Part shown: positions 18,009 to 27,609 of the stretch, piece by piece
Layout: every line of letters starts with the position of its first letter
Position numbering within the stretch: the first letter of the stretch is position 1
Assembly: GCA_017480975.1 (NCBI GenBank)
Contig: JAFURK010000034.1
Span: forward strand, 1 to 58,113
Origin: Bacilli bacterium
Lineage (GTDB): Bacteria > Bacillota_I > Bacilli_A > RF39 > UBA660
Reading direction: 5' to 3'
DNA length: 58,113 nt
The notes under the pieces: generated by a model
Database searches by the model: none
Seen by the model: only the letters and a program-made list of their open reading frames with translations
Told to the model about the DNA's origin: nothing
Translations under genes and position numbers: made by a program

Positions 18009-19522
18009 TAATATAAATTAAATGGATTAAAAGGACTTCCATGATTAGGATGACCAATATAAGTAGCAAAATGCAAATGCGTACCACTATAAGGCCTATA
18101 ACTTGATGGCACTGGATAAACTTCTCCCGTATTTCCCATCGTACCAATCTTCTGACCGCGACTAACTACTTGACCAACTTTTACATTAACTGATGCCATA
18201 TGCATATAAACAGTGTAATAATTACCAATATTATGATTAATCATAACATAATTACCTCGTCTACCATTACAGCTTAAATTACCAACTACACAACCACCTG
18301 CTGCCGCCACAACTGTACCATTATTAGCTGCATATATTCCAGAGCCATGTCCAGGGCCATAAATATCAATTGCTGCATGCATACTTCCCCAACGATAACC
18401 ATAATAAGTCGTAATCGTATAAGGAGTATCTGTCGGCCATGCCCAATAAGTCAAGTCTGCAATATGTGGAACTTCTTTATCGCCTTTAACAATAACCTTA
18501 TCAACAGCTGGCTTTAATTCTACCGAGTTAAGCGTAATTGTACCTGTCAATTGCCCATTAATATATTCATACTCACGACTTACCCTATATAAACCGTTTT
18601 CTCCTTCTTGCGTAACATATTCAACCCCTTGTAACTCATTAGGATCATACTTAACACTAACTCCAAAAGCTTTTTCTTCATCTTTAACACTATTTACTTC
18701 TACCACAATACTAATAACCGGATCAATTAAACCAACATTAACTTCCTTACCAGCATACAATAACGCATTAACGCTAGGAATATCATCATTAGCAATCAAA
18801 AATTCTTGAACATTAAGCTTATTAGCATTCGCAACCGTCTCAACCGTATCTCCTTCTTTTACCACATAAGTCGACTGCTTATCTAAAGTTCCATATAACA
18901 AATACTTAGCTAAATCCGAAGCATCAGTAAAAATATCTTCATCAATTGATATATAAGCCTTCTTATAAGTAATATCCTCATCTATATCTATATTATTAAT
19001 AACACTACCAGTATCAACTATCTCCTTCTGCGTTCCCGCCATATAAGCCTCATATTCTTCTTCCTCTACAAAAGAACGAATCAACTGAACAACAGCCTCA
19101 TCAAATATTTCTTTATTCAAGGTATAAATATATTTAGTTTCATAATCTTCTTGTTCTACATTATCAATTGTAATCATAGTTCCTTTAATTGTAAATTGCT
19201 TCAAATTAACTATCCTTTGATAGATCTCTTCATTAGTATCAGTATTAGAATCATAAGTTGTAACTGCTTTAATAGTTACCCCATTAGGCATATAAACTTT
19301 ATCAACACCATACTTCTCTTTAATAGCGTCTTGCTTTTGATTAATATATTCATCAAAAGCCTCTTCATTCGCCACTGTACCTATCATTTTTCCGTCTATA
19401 TATACTTGATACACTTCAACCGGAACTTTTCGCCTATAACTAGTAAACCCTAATCCAAACACCAATACCCCAATTAAAACTATCACTATTATATATGATA
19501 ATCTAAATTGTTTATTTTGCAT
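18008..19522 (-). CDS. Membrane-anchored LysM/G5/M23 peptidoglycan metalloendopeptidase
   Basis: The start is moved to the ATG at 19522 (GGTGA 5 nt upstream). The longer track ORF would overlap dnaB by 92 nt. It has a LysM-like segment (YVVKEGDTVETVANANKLNVQEF) and a G5-like end (KPAVDKVIVKGDKE). The M23 motifs are HAAIDI and GTHLHF. Confidence 0.8.
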   Translation of the reverse strand: MQNKQFRLSYIIVIVLIGVLVFGLGFTSYRRKVPVEVYQVYIDGKMIGTVANEEAFDEYINQKQDAIKEKYGVDKVYMPNGVTIKAVTTYDSNTDTNEEIYQRIVNLKQFTIKGTMITIDNVEQEDYETKYIYTLNKEIFDEAVVQLIRSFVEEEEYEAYMAGTQKEIVDTGSVINNIDIDEDITYKKAYISIDEDIFTDASDLAKYLLYGTLDKQSTYVVKEGDTVETVANANKLNVQEFLIANDDIPSVNALLYAGKEVNVGLIDPVISIVVEVNSVKDEEKAFGVSVKYDPNELQGVEYVTQEGENGLYRVSREYEYINGQLTGTITLNSVELKPAVDKVIVKGDKEVPHIADLTYWAWPTDTPYTITTYYGYRWGSMHAAIDIYGPGHGSGIYAANNGTVVAAAGGCVVGNLSCNGRRGNYVMINHNIGNYYTVYMHMASVNVKVGQVVSRGQKIGTMGNTGEVYPVPSSYRPYSGTHLHFATYIGHPNHGSPFNPFNLY

Positions 19523-20864
19523 TCTTTTCACCATCTCTCTTAATTGATAAGAAAGTAGAAGTTTTCTTCTTAAATAACATATCGATTGTTGCAATTGGCC
19601 CATTACGATGTTTCAATATTACCAATTGAATTGGTACTGGTAAATTATCATCTACAGGCATTTCTACATCAGGAGCATGTAAAGCTGCAACAATATCAGC
19701 ATCTTGTTCAATCGCTCCAGATTCCCTCAAATCACTAAGTACTGGTTTCTTATCTTCTCTTTTTTCAACATTTCTTGATAATTGTGACAACGCTATAACA
19801 GGTACCTCTAACTCTAATGCCATTGTCTTTAAATTTCTTGATATTTCAGAAACCTCTTGTTGCCTACTTCCAGAATATTTAGAAGAAGAATCAATTAACT
19901 GCAAATAGTCTATAATAACTAATCCTAATCCTTCTCCTTGCGTAGACAACCTCCTACATTTAGCCTTAATCTCACTAGCTGTAACACCACCAGCATCATG
20001 GAAAAATATATTAGTATCGGCTAGTTGACTAATAGCTTCATTAATTCGACGCCAATCTTCATTCTCTAATCGCCCCGTTTGTAATTTTTTATTATCTACT
20101 TGTCCTAGAGAGCTAATCATTCTCATAATCAACTGCTCGGCCGGCATTTCCAGTGAGAACACCGCAATATTTTTCTTAGTACTTTTAGCTGCAGCACAAG
20201 CAATATTTAAAGCAAAAGCCGTCTTACCTACAGCTGGACGAGCTGCTACAATAATCATCTGTGTTGGACTAAAACCATTAGTTAAATTATCTAAATCAAT
20301 TAATCCCGTTGTAAGACCAGTAACACGCCCCTTATTCTTAGCTAAACTCTCCAAATCATTTTGAGCCTTATCCAAAACTTCTTGAACAGTTCTAAATTCA
20401 GCCGTCCTACGTAATTTAGAAATATTTAAAATACTTTTTTCAGCTTGCTCTACAGCTTCTCCCACTTTAACATCAGGTTGATTAGCATTTGTAATAATAG
20501 CTGTCGCTGCCTCAATCATCCTTCTTAAGGTAAACTTCTCTAAAACAATATCAATATAGTACCCTACATTAGCCCCCGTCGCAACACTTTCAACTATGCT
20601 ATTTAAGTATTCTACTCCACCAATTTGTAATAAATTACCCCGATTAATAATTTCTGAAGTAACAGTTCCTACATCTACTGGTTTCTTATCTTGATATAAA
20701 CTTTTTATTACTTCAAAAATTTTACTATGACTATCTAAATAAAAAACCTCACTACTTACTTCTTCACATACTTTCTGCAAAGATGCATAAGAGTAAAAAA
20801 CCGAACCAATCAAACGCATCTCAGCTTCAATATTATGAGGCAAACCACCATTATTCATAACCAA
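19512..20864 (-). CDS. dnaB: Replicative DNA helicase DnaB
   Basis: 450 aa. The N-terminal LPHNIEAE motif, the Walker A ARPAVGKTAFAL, and the RecA-like C-terminal domain are all present. Confidence 0.96.
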   Translation of the reverse strand: MVMNNGGLPHNIEAEMRLIGSVFYSYASLQKVCEEVSSEVFYLDSHSKIFEVIKSLYQDKKPVDVGTVTSEIINRGNLLQIGGVEYLNSIVESVATGANVGYYIDIVLEKFTLRRMIEAATAIITNANQPDVKVGEAVEQAEKSILNISKLRRTAEFRTVQEVLDKAQNDLESLAKNKGRVTGLTTGLIDLDNLTNGFSPTQMIIVAARPAVGKTAFALNIACAAAKSTKKNIAVFSLEMPAEQLIMRMISSLGQVDNKKLQTGRLENEDWRRINEAISQLADTNIFFHDAGGVTASEIKAKCRRLSTQGEGLGLVIIDYLQLIDSSSKYSGSRQQEVSEISRNLKTMALELEVPVIALSQLSRNVEKREDKKPVLSDLRESGAIEQDADIVAALHAPDVEMPVDDNLPVPIQLVILKHRNGPIATIDMLFKKKTSTFLSIKRDGEKNAK

Positions 20865-20869
20865 TCCTC

Positions 20870-21310
20870 CTATTTTTGTACTAATTTAATCTGTAATTCC
20901 GCCTTTACTTTTTTATGTAAATTTATAATTACAATATGAGTACCTAAAGAACTGATACTACCCTCAGTAACTATCATCTTTTTATCAACTGCTATTCCCT
21001 TTTTACTAAGTTCTTCACTAATCTGCTTACTACTAACACTACCAAATACCTTACCATTATTAGCTGAAACCTTAAATTCCAAAGTAATTTTTTCTAACCT
21101 TTGTTTCAATTTATTAGCATCATCTATAGCTTTTTCTTCCATAGCATGTTTTTTCTTAATATCTTCATTTAAAATATTTGAACTAGTTTTAGTATACTTA
21201 ACTGCATAACCATTCTTAATCAAAAAATTAGTCGCATAACCATCACTAACTTCTTTTATTTCATTAACTTTTCCTTGTTTCTTTAAATCTTTAATAAATA
21301 TAACTTTCAT
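20870..21310 (-). CDS. rplI: 50S ribosomal protein L9
   Basis: The start is moved to the ATG at 21310 ([14 protein letters not shown]..., AAGGTGA SD). The promoter mapped just upstream excludes the longer track ORF. Confidence 0.92.
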   Translation of the reverse strand: MKVIFIKDLKKQGKVNEIKEVSDGYATNFLIKNGYAVKYTKTSSNILNEDIKKKHAMEEKAIDDANKLKQRLEKITLEFKVSANNGKVFGSVSSKQISEELSKKGIAVDKKMIVTEGSISSLGTHIVIINLHKKVKAELQIKLVQK

Positions 21311-21332
21311 CCAAATCACCTTCTTGATATCA

Positions 21333-21361
21333 ATTATACTATAAATTTTAAATATAAGCAA
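21333..21361 (-). promoter_or_regulatory. Promoter of rplI-dnaB (TTGCTT-17nt-TATAAT)
   Basis: The -10 is at 21333-21338, the -35 at 21356-21361, and the spacer is exactly 17 nt. Confidence 0.55.
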
Positions 21362-21405
21362 AGAAAAAAGCCAATAAAGATTTATTAACTTTATTAAACT
21401 TTTTA

Positions 21406-23865
21406 TTACTTATGTATTTTCCTTTTACGAACTTTTTTACTGTCTTCTCCTACTGGTGTTTTAGTTTTTCTTAAATATAAATAACTACCTATTCCTAAAG
21501 CTATAACTAAAACAAATATCCCCCCAACTATATAAGTAGATAATGAACCAGTCGGAATTTCTATAATAGGCATATCATACATAACCAACTTATTATCAGC
21601 TAAAGAATTACCAAATGCATCCACTAATGTACCATCATCTTTTAAAGTAAATAATACTGACTCAGCCGTTGTATAATTTGTAGGAGCAATTTTTTCTACT
21701 AGGTAATAAGTTCCAGCTGGAAGACCAATAATTTTCTTAGGTTCATCAGTTGATACCCAACTAGCAGCAGTTCCACCTTCTAAAACAGCTTCCGCACAAT
21801 CACCTGTATATTGATCAACAACCATTTGTAGTTCATCATTTTCATCGATATACGTTTGACAAATGCTAATAGTAGCACCAGGTAACTCCTTTGCTGTCGT
21901 AATATCCAACTTACTAATGGTAATAAAATTAACATCATTTTCAATAACAATTGCCTTTTCGCCCTTTAAAAATTCTTCATTAGTAATAACTGTATCGCCT
22001 GATTTCACATTCCCTTTTTCATCAATAGAGAAAGATGTAGCAGTAGTAGCTTTAATGTATCCTCTAGGTGGCGTAATTTCAATAATATAATAATCACCTT
22101 TAGGAACTCCCACGAATTCATAAGGCTTATCAATAGAAATCCAACTCATCTCCACTCCATCAATAGTCTTAGCAGGATCACAACTATCTTTTTGGCTTTC
22201 ATAACTAGAAGCTGTACAAATTTTTAAACTAGCACCATTTACTTCCTCATTACCACCAACAGCCTTTTTACTAATTTTAATAGTATTCTTATTATTTACT
22301 TGCGTTACAATTAAATTACCACTAGAAGTAGTGACCTTGGTATAATTACCTTTATTACTACAATACCCATCATCAGCTTTAGTATTTCCAGATATATTAT
22401 AACAAATTTTTTCATAAGTAACTGTTGTACTCGCATCTTCATCCTGATTAGTTGATGAAAACTCACAATTTCCAGAATCATTTAAATCAACAGGATTTCC
22501 CCCCTCTGAACTTTGACATTTATATACATAGTTATCAAAATTACAAAATTCACTATCAACTTTCGTAGGTTCTTCACCATCATTACCAACGTAATAACAA
22601 ACATTACCATTACCATTAGAAATAGAATTCATACGATAAAAGTGATTTACACTCCCACTTAAAACATAACCATCAGGAGCACTTTTTTCAACTAAATAAT
22701 AATCATGTTTAAAGAAATCATCATCATTTTCAGCAACATTAGGACTAGTATAAGTGATACTAGAACTACCACCACTATTATCTGCTAACAACTTTTTGCC
22801 ACTAGCTTCATAATCTTGATATAATTCAAGCGTTGAGCCCTCTAAACTATTACCATATTCATCAACCTTATTAGCAACAATCATATGATTTACAGTATTT
22901 GGTATAAGTAATCTAATAGACTTACCACCAGTACGACTAATAGTTGAAGAATCTACCGTTACTAAATGTTGACTATTAGTACAATCAGTATTATTATATC
23001 TAATAATTGTAGGATATACACTTGTATTTGAAGCGGATACACTAACCGTAACAGTACTACTAGCTTTTAAATCACTACCAGATACCTTTACATAAAAACT
23101 ATACTGTTCACCATCCGTCTTTGGCTCAATCGTAACAGAATCGCTACAATTACTTCCCATTCTAGTACAAATTTGAGCAGTTCCACTTGTCGAAGTAGCT
23201 TTCAAAACATAAGTAACTTGACCATCATACTTAGGTACACCACCATATGTAGCATATAAATTATTCATAACAATCTTATCAGATATATAATAACCATTAG
23301 ATTCATTCAAAGTACCATTTAAAAGACTAAATTGAGGTGCCGGAATACTTGTATTTAATTTTAAATTAGATTCATATTCCACAGCCTGATCATAAACTTG
23401 ACGGACACGATTATTAGTATTATAAAAATTGTATGAAGTACCACCATAAACTCTTTTATTAAAAAATGTATTTAAGACAGCACCAACCTGCTCGTATCTT
23501 TCAGCCCCATCACTTACTAAATCTGACATTTCCTTTGCCATCATTCCAGCCGCAATAGCGCTCTTAGAATCTTTGCTCCAACTACTATCAACCTCATAAT
23601 TTTTAGAACAAATTTCCAATCCCCATTGAACACAATATGCATGCTTATTATTAATTACTTTAACATACTCTATCGCATACCCAGAAGGACAAGTACCTCC
23701 AAATCCAACAAAACCTCCACCATAATTACCATTGGTTAAATTAAAACAAACGTGAGTATCATTTTTATCCCCAGTATAAGTTAATGCTTTAGCCTGCACT
23801 GGGAATAAAAATAATACCAAAACCATTAATAATACCAAACTATATTTCTTAACAAATTGCTTCAT
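21406..23865 (-). CDS. Large cell-surface protein with three SpaA/Cna-B-type (prealbumin-fold) repeats and a C-terminal membrane anchor
   Basis: 819 aa. The signal peptide ends in FPVQAKA. Three repeats carry the signature [12 protein letters not shown] / [12 protein letters not shown] / [12 protein letters not shown]. The C-terminus has IEIPTGS, a hydrophobic helix and a K/R tail. Confidence 0.75.
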   Translation of the reverse strand: MKQFVKKYSLVLLMVLVLFLFPVQAKALTYTGDKNDTHVCFNLTNGNYGGGFVGFGGTCPSGYAIEYVKVINNKHAYCVQWGLEICSKNYEVDSSWSKDSKSAIAAGMMAKEMSDLVSDGAERYEQVGAVLNTFFNKRVYGGTSYNFYNTNNRVRQVYDQAVEYESNLKLNTSIPAPQFSLLNGTLNESNGYYISDKIVMNNLYATYGGVPKYDGQVTYVLKATSTSGTAQICTRMGSNCSDSVTIEPKTDGEQYSFYVKVSGSDLKASSTVTVSVSASNTSVYPTIIRYNNTDCTNSQHLVTVDSSTISRTGGKSIRLLIPNTVNHMIVANKVDEYGNSLEGSTLELYQDYEASGKKLLADNSGGSSSITYTSPNVAENDDDFFKHDYYLVEKSAPDGYVLSGSVNHFYRMNSISNGNGNVCYYVGNDGEEPTKVDSEFCNFDNYVYKCQSSEGGNPVDLNDSGNCEFSSTNQDEDASTTVTYEKICYNISGNTKADDGYCSNKGNYTKVTTSSGNLIVTQVNNKNTIKISKKAVGGNEEVNGASLKICTASSYESQKDSCDPAKTIDGVEMSWISIDKPYEFVGVPKGDYYIIEITPPRGYIKATTATSFSIDEKGNVKSGDTVITNEEFLKGEKAIVIENDVNFITISKLDITTAKELPGATISICQTYIDENDELQMVVDQYTGDCAEAVLEGGTAASWVSTDEPKKIIGLPAGTYYLVEKIAPTNYTTAESVLFTLKDDGTLVDAFGNSLADNKLVMYDMPIIEIPTGSLSTYIVGGIFVLVIALGIGSYLYLRKTKTPVGEDSKKVRKRKIHK

Positions 23866-23902
23866 TATATACCTCCTACCTTATTAAAATAAAGTATATC
23901 AC

Positions 23903-23950
23903 AAAAAAAGAGAAAAAACAACCGTTTTCATAACTAAAAAGCTGTTGTTA
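23903..23950 (-). terminator. Rho-independent terminator after recG
   Basis: Minus strand reads AACAACAGCUUUU-loop-AAAACGGUUGUU followed by UUUUCUCUUUUUUU. Confidence 0.55.
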
Positions 23951-23956
23951 ATTCAC

Positions 23957-25957
23957 TTAATTTAATCCTTTATCAATCTCCAAGTAATAACGAAATTCCT
24001 GATATTTATCATCAGTAAAATAATTATCAAAAAATTCATCTGCATCCTTTTTTACCCTTACTAATAATTCAAAATCTTTTCTCAAATCTGCCAATTTAAA
24101 TTCTGCCTGTCCACTTTGTCTAACTCCAAACAAATCTCCTTCTCCTCTATTTTTAAAATCATACTCACTAATCTCAAAACCATCATTAGTCTTCTCCATA
24201 ATTTGTAATCTATCACAAGGATCTTTTGATATTAAAATACAATAACTTTGAATACTACCTCTCCCGACTCTTCCTCTTAATTGATGTAAAGTTGATAAAC
24301 CAAATAAATTAGCTTGAAAAATTACAATCATTGATGCATTCGGAACATTAACTCCTACCTCTATTACAGTAGTAGAAATAAGTATTTTAATCTTTCCACT
24401 TTCAAAATCACTCATAATATTCGCTTTTTCTTCATTATCCAACCGACCATGAACACACCCAATCTTACAAATTTTTCCAAAAGCACATTCCATTTTTTCC
24501 GCCAACTTATTCACATTATTCAACTCTTCAGAATCTTCATTTTCAATTGCTGGGGCTATCACATATACTTGGTGTCCCTTATCAATTTCACTTTTCATCA
24601 TTTTCAAAACTTCCAACATGTCTTCTTCTTTTTTGTAAAAAGTACTTACTTCTTTTCTTCCTATTGGTTTAGTTTTAATGCTAGATATATCCATATCTCC
24701 ATAAATAGTCAAAGCATAGGTTCTAGGTATAGGAGTAGCGCTCATCGACAAAACATCAGGATTACTTCCCTTTTCTTTCAATAATTTTCTTTGATTAACC
24801 CCAAATCGATGTTGTTCATCAGCTATAATTAACCCCAAATTTTTATAAGAAACATTTTCTTGAATTAAAGACTGAGTACCAATGATAAAATCAGCTTCTC
24901 CATTATTAATTTGTTTCAATACATTATCCTTCTTCTTTTTAGTAAGACTAGAAGTCAATAAAACTACTTTTACACCTGTATCCTCAAATAATTCTAATGC
25001 ATTCTGATAATGCTGAACAGCCAAAATTTCAGTTGGTACCATCAATGCCGACTGATAACCAGCCAAAAAATTCATATAACTAGCAATAAAAGCTACAATT
25101 GTCTTACCACTACCAACATCTCCTTGAACAAAACGATTCATTTGCTTCCCAGAAGTAATATCTCTCTTTATTTCCTCAATAGTCTTAATCTGATCAATTG
25201 TCAATTCAAAACCTAATCTCTTAATAAATTCACTAACTTTACTATTATCAAAAATCTTCTTAACCGAAAATTCACAATTATTCATACTCCAATACTTTAA
25301 ATACCGTACCCTTAAAAGATACCAAAAAAATTCCTCATATTTTAATCTTTGCTTAGCCCTTTTATAATTAAGTTCATTAACTGGGTGATGTATTTGCCTA
25401 ATTGACCATAACTTATCTGGAAAATGATATCTATCCCCAATATAATCAGGAATGTAATCAATAATTTGAATATCACTTTTTAATGCTGTATCAATAAACT
25501 TAGTTATCATTTTCCTATTCAACCCATCTGTTGCACCATAAATAGCTTCTATTTGTGGATTCTTAGGTAATTTTCCAACTCTAACTTCATTAGCGACAAT
25601 AGTATTTCTTAACTTATCATACTTACCAATAATAATAACATTCATACCATACTTTAATTCTTTAAGTAAATATACCTGATTAAAAACAACAACATTATAC
25701 ATTCCTCTTCCATCAACAATTCTAAAAATAACTTTTTTTAACTTAGTTGATAACTGCACTATCGTTGGTTGTCCTTCAACAATCCCATCTAAAATTACTT
25801 TATCCTTATCTAAAACATAATCCATATTACTTCTTTTTAAAACATCATATCTTTTAGGATAATAATAAATCAAATCTTCAACAGTATATATACCTAACTT
25901 ATTTAAAAGTAAACTAGTTTTAGTTCCAACACCATCTAATTCCATTAATTGCCTCAT
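23957..25957 (-). CDS. recG: ATP-dependent DNA helicase RecG
   Basis: About 666 aa with a wedge domain plus SF2 helicase. Motifs: GDVGSGKT, DEQHRFGV and QLRGRVGRG. The start is ambiguous between the ATG at 25957 and the GTG at 25966. Confidence 0.93.
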   Translation of the reverse strand: MRQLMELDGVGTKTSLLLNKLGIYTVEDLIYYYPKRYDVLKRSNMDYVLDKDKVILDGIVEGQPTIVQLSTKLKKVIFRIVDGRGMYNVVVFNQVYLLKELKYGMNVIIIGKYDKLRNTIVANEVRVGKLPKNPQIEAIYGATDGLNRKMITKFIDTALKSDIQIIDYIPDYIGDRYHFPDKLWSIRQIHHPVNELNYKRAKQRLKYEEFFWYLLRVRYLKYWSMNNCEFSVKKIFDNSKVSEFIKRLGFELTIDQIKTIEEIKRDITSGKQMNRFVQGDVGSGKTIVAFIASYMNFLAGYQSALMVPTEILAVQHYQNALELFEDTGVKVVLLTSSLTKKKKDNVLKQINNGEADFIIGTQSLIQENVSYKNLGLIIADEQHRFGVNQRKLLKEKGSNPDVLSMSATPIPRTYALTIYGDMDISSIKTKPIGRKEVSTFYKKEEDMLEVLKMMKSEIDKGHQVYVIAPAIENEDSEELNNVNKLAEKMECAFGKICKIGCVHGRLDNEEKANIMSDFESGKIKILISTTVIEVGVNVPNASMIVIFQANLFGLSTLHQLRGRVGRGSIQSYCILISKDPCDRLQIMEKTNDGFEISEYDFKNRGEGDLFGVRQSGQAEFKLADLRKDFELLVRVKKDADEFFDNYFTDDKYQEFRYYLEIDKGLN

Positions 25958-26003
25958 ACAATCCACCCACTTAACACCATTATATCATAACCAATTATTA
26001 AAT

Positions 26004-26546
26004 TTAATCTAAATAATCTTCATAACTCAAAAACTCATTTTTCTTAGTATAAACAATATAAATTTTATTATCGCAAGACTCTCCCAAATAGTCACCATTA
26101 GAAACTACATCATAAAGCTTAACCATATTATTACATAAATTACCATACCAAATATCGATATCGTTATCTCCCTCAACTATCACTACATTACCATACTTGT
26201 CTTTTTCACCTAAATATACAACTATTCCACTATTAACAGCGGGAACTAAATAATTATAACCAACACTAAGCATAACCCCATCCTCATAAGATTCTACTCC
26301 CTGATAAACTAATTTCTCATTAAAAACTAGCTTTGCCTTTTCAAAATAAATATTTTCAATTGGAAATATCCCCCCAAAATATTTATTATATAAATCTTTA
26401 AAACCAGAAAAATCAAAATGATCTTGATATACCTTTTCATAAATATAATTCTTATAATCAACATTAAGTTTACAAGCTATACCTAAACCTAAAAATAAAA
26501 TAATACATACTAAACCCTTAATCAAAAAAAAATATACTCTTTTCAA
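26004..26546 (-). CDS. Membrane-anchored protein with a degenerate (non-catalytic) LytM/M23 domain
   Basis: 180 aa. VPAVNSGIVVYLGEKDKYGNVVIVEGDNDIDIWYGNL follows the M23 template, but the metal-binding His residues are replaced: VEGDND for HxxxD and YGNL for xxHL. Confidence 0.55.
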   Translation of the reverse strand: MKRVYFFLIKGLVCIILFLGLGIACKLNVDYKNYIYEKVYQDHFDFSGFKDLYNKYFGGIFPIENIYFEKAKLVFNEKLVYQGVESYEDGVMLSVGYNYLVPAVNSGIVVYLGEKDKYGNVVIVEGDNDIDIWYGNLCNNMVKLYDVVSNGDYLGESCDNKIYIVYTKKNEFLSYEDYLD

Positions 26547-26718
26547 TTAGATCACCACTTACTAATATTTATAATATATATTATTTAACTATTTTACTTT
26601 CTATTCTAAGAATGTTATAATTTAATTTATAAATAATTTATTTGTTAAAAATGCTTAAATTGATTTTAACTATATAATAAATCAATTTATAGATATTAAA
26701 GAAAGGACATTAAATACA

Positions 26719-27024
26719 ATGAAAAAATTTAATATGCGAGATGAACAATTTATTTGTGAAAATTGTTATAAAAAAGTTGAAAAATTAAATTATACAGCCC
26801 GTGATCATTGCCCATACTGCCTCTATTCAAAACATGTTGATATTAATCCAGGTGACCGTCAAAATACCTGTCATGGGTTACTAAAACCTATATCTATAGA
26901 AAAATTTAAAAACACTTATAAAATTATTTATAAGTGTGAAAAATGTCATCAACTTCATAAAAATATTATGGCCACTGATGATAATTATGATAAAATAGTA
27001 GAACTATCCACTAGTAATTACTAG
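26719..27024 (+). CDS. RNHCP-domain zinc-ribbon protein
   Basis: 101 aa. CENCYKK ... ARDHCPYCLYSKHVD ... CEKCH matches the RNHCP family pattern. This is the only convincing plus-strand gene in the window. Confidence 0.75.
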   Translation: MKKFNMRDEQFICENCYKKVEKLNYTARDHCPYCLYSKHVDINPGDRQNTCHGLLKPISIEKFKNTYKIIYKCEKCHQLHKNIMATDDNYDKIVELSTSNY

Positions 27025-27585
27025 CTCTAATTCTTTAAAAAAATCATAAACATATGGCATAACCAAAACAAACAAAATTAAAATAAATACAATAACCATC
27101 ATAATTTTAAATTCTTTAGAAAGTTTGAAACCTGAATCAGGTTTCTTTTTTTCTACCATTGTTGGTTCATATTTTACGTTATCTAAATGCTCATTATTTG
27201 AAAAATCTTCATTATTATATAAACTAACATCATTACCAATAGTATCATTAGTATTTGGAATAAACTGTGAATGTGAACCAACATTACCATATTGACTAGT
27301 CCCTACTTCATCATTAACAACATTAAAATTTTGGGAAGTATCATATTGATTAGTATTAAAATTACTACTAAATTGATTTTGATTAATATCATAACCATTA
27401 TTAAAATTAGCAACATTATTAACTAAATCCTGATTAACATTATAATTACTATCTCCATTCTGAAGATTAACTCCCATAGCACTATTAATATTAACTTGTG
27501 GATTCTCAATCGCCGTATTTAAATTACTAGTAGCATGATAAGTATTTTGGGAGTCTGAATTTCTCATTAAATCATTATCATTCAT
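27004..27585 (-). CDS. Tail-anchored, extremely N/Q/S-rich low-complexity protein
   Basis: 193 aa. About 150 aa of N/Q/S/D-rich sequence are followed by one C-terminal TM (FKIMMVIVFILILFVLVMPYV). Confidence 0.55.
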   Translation of the reverse strand: MNDNDLMRNSDSQNTYHATSNLNTAIENPQVNINSAMGVNLQNGDSNYNVNQDLVNNVANFNNGYDINQNQFSSNFNTNQYDTSQNFNVVNDEVGTSQYGNVGSHSQFIPNTNDTIGNDVSLYNNEDFSNNEHLDNVKYEPTMVEKKKPDSGFKLSKEFKIMMVIVFILILFVLVMPYVYDFFKELELVITSG

Positions 27586-27609
27586 AAAAAATCCTTTCTA
27601 CAAATATCT

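Noticed and set aside
21406-21570. Canonical LPxTG sortase signal in the 819-aa surface protein.
   Set aside because: The only candidate is IEIPTGS, which does not fit LPxTG, SPxTG or NPxTG registers. I report it only as a non-canonical possibility.
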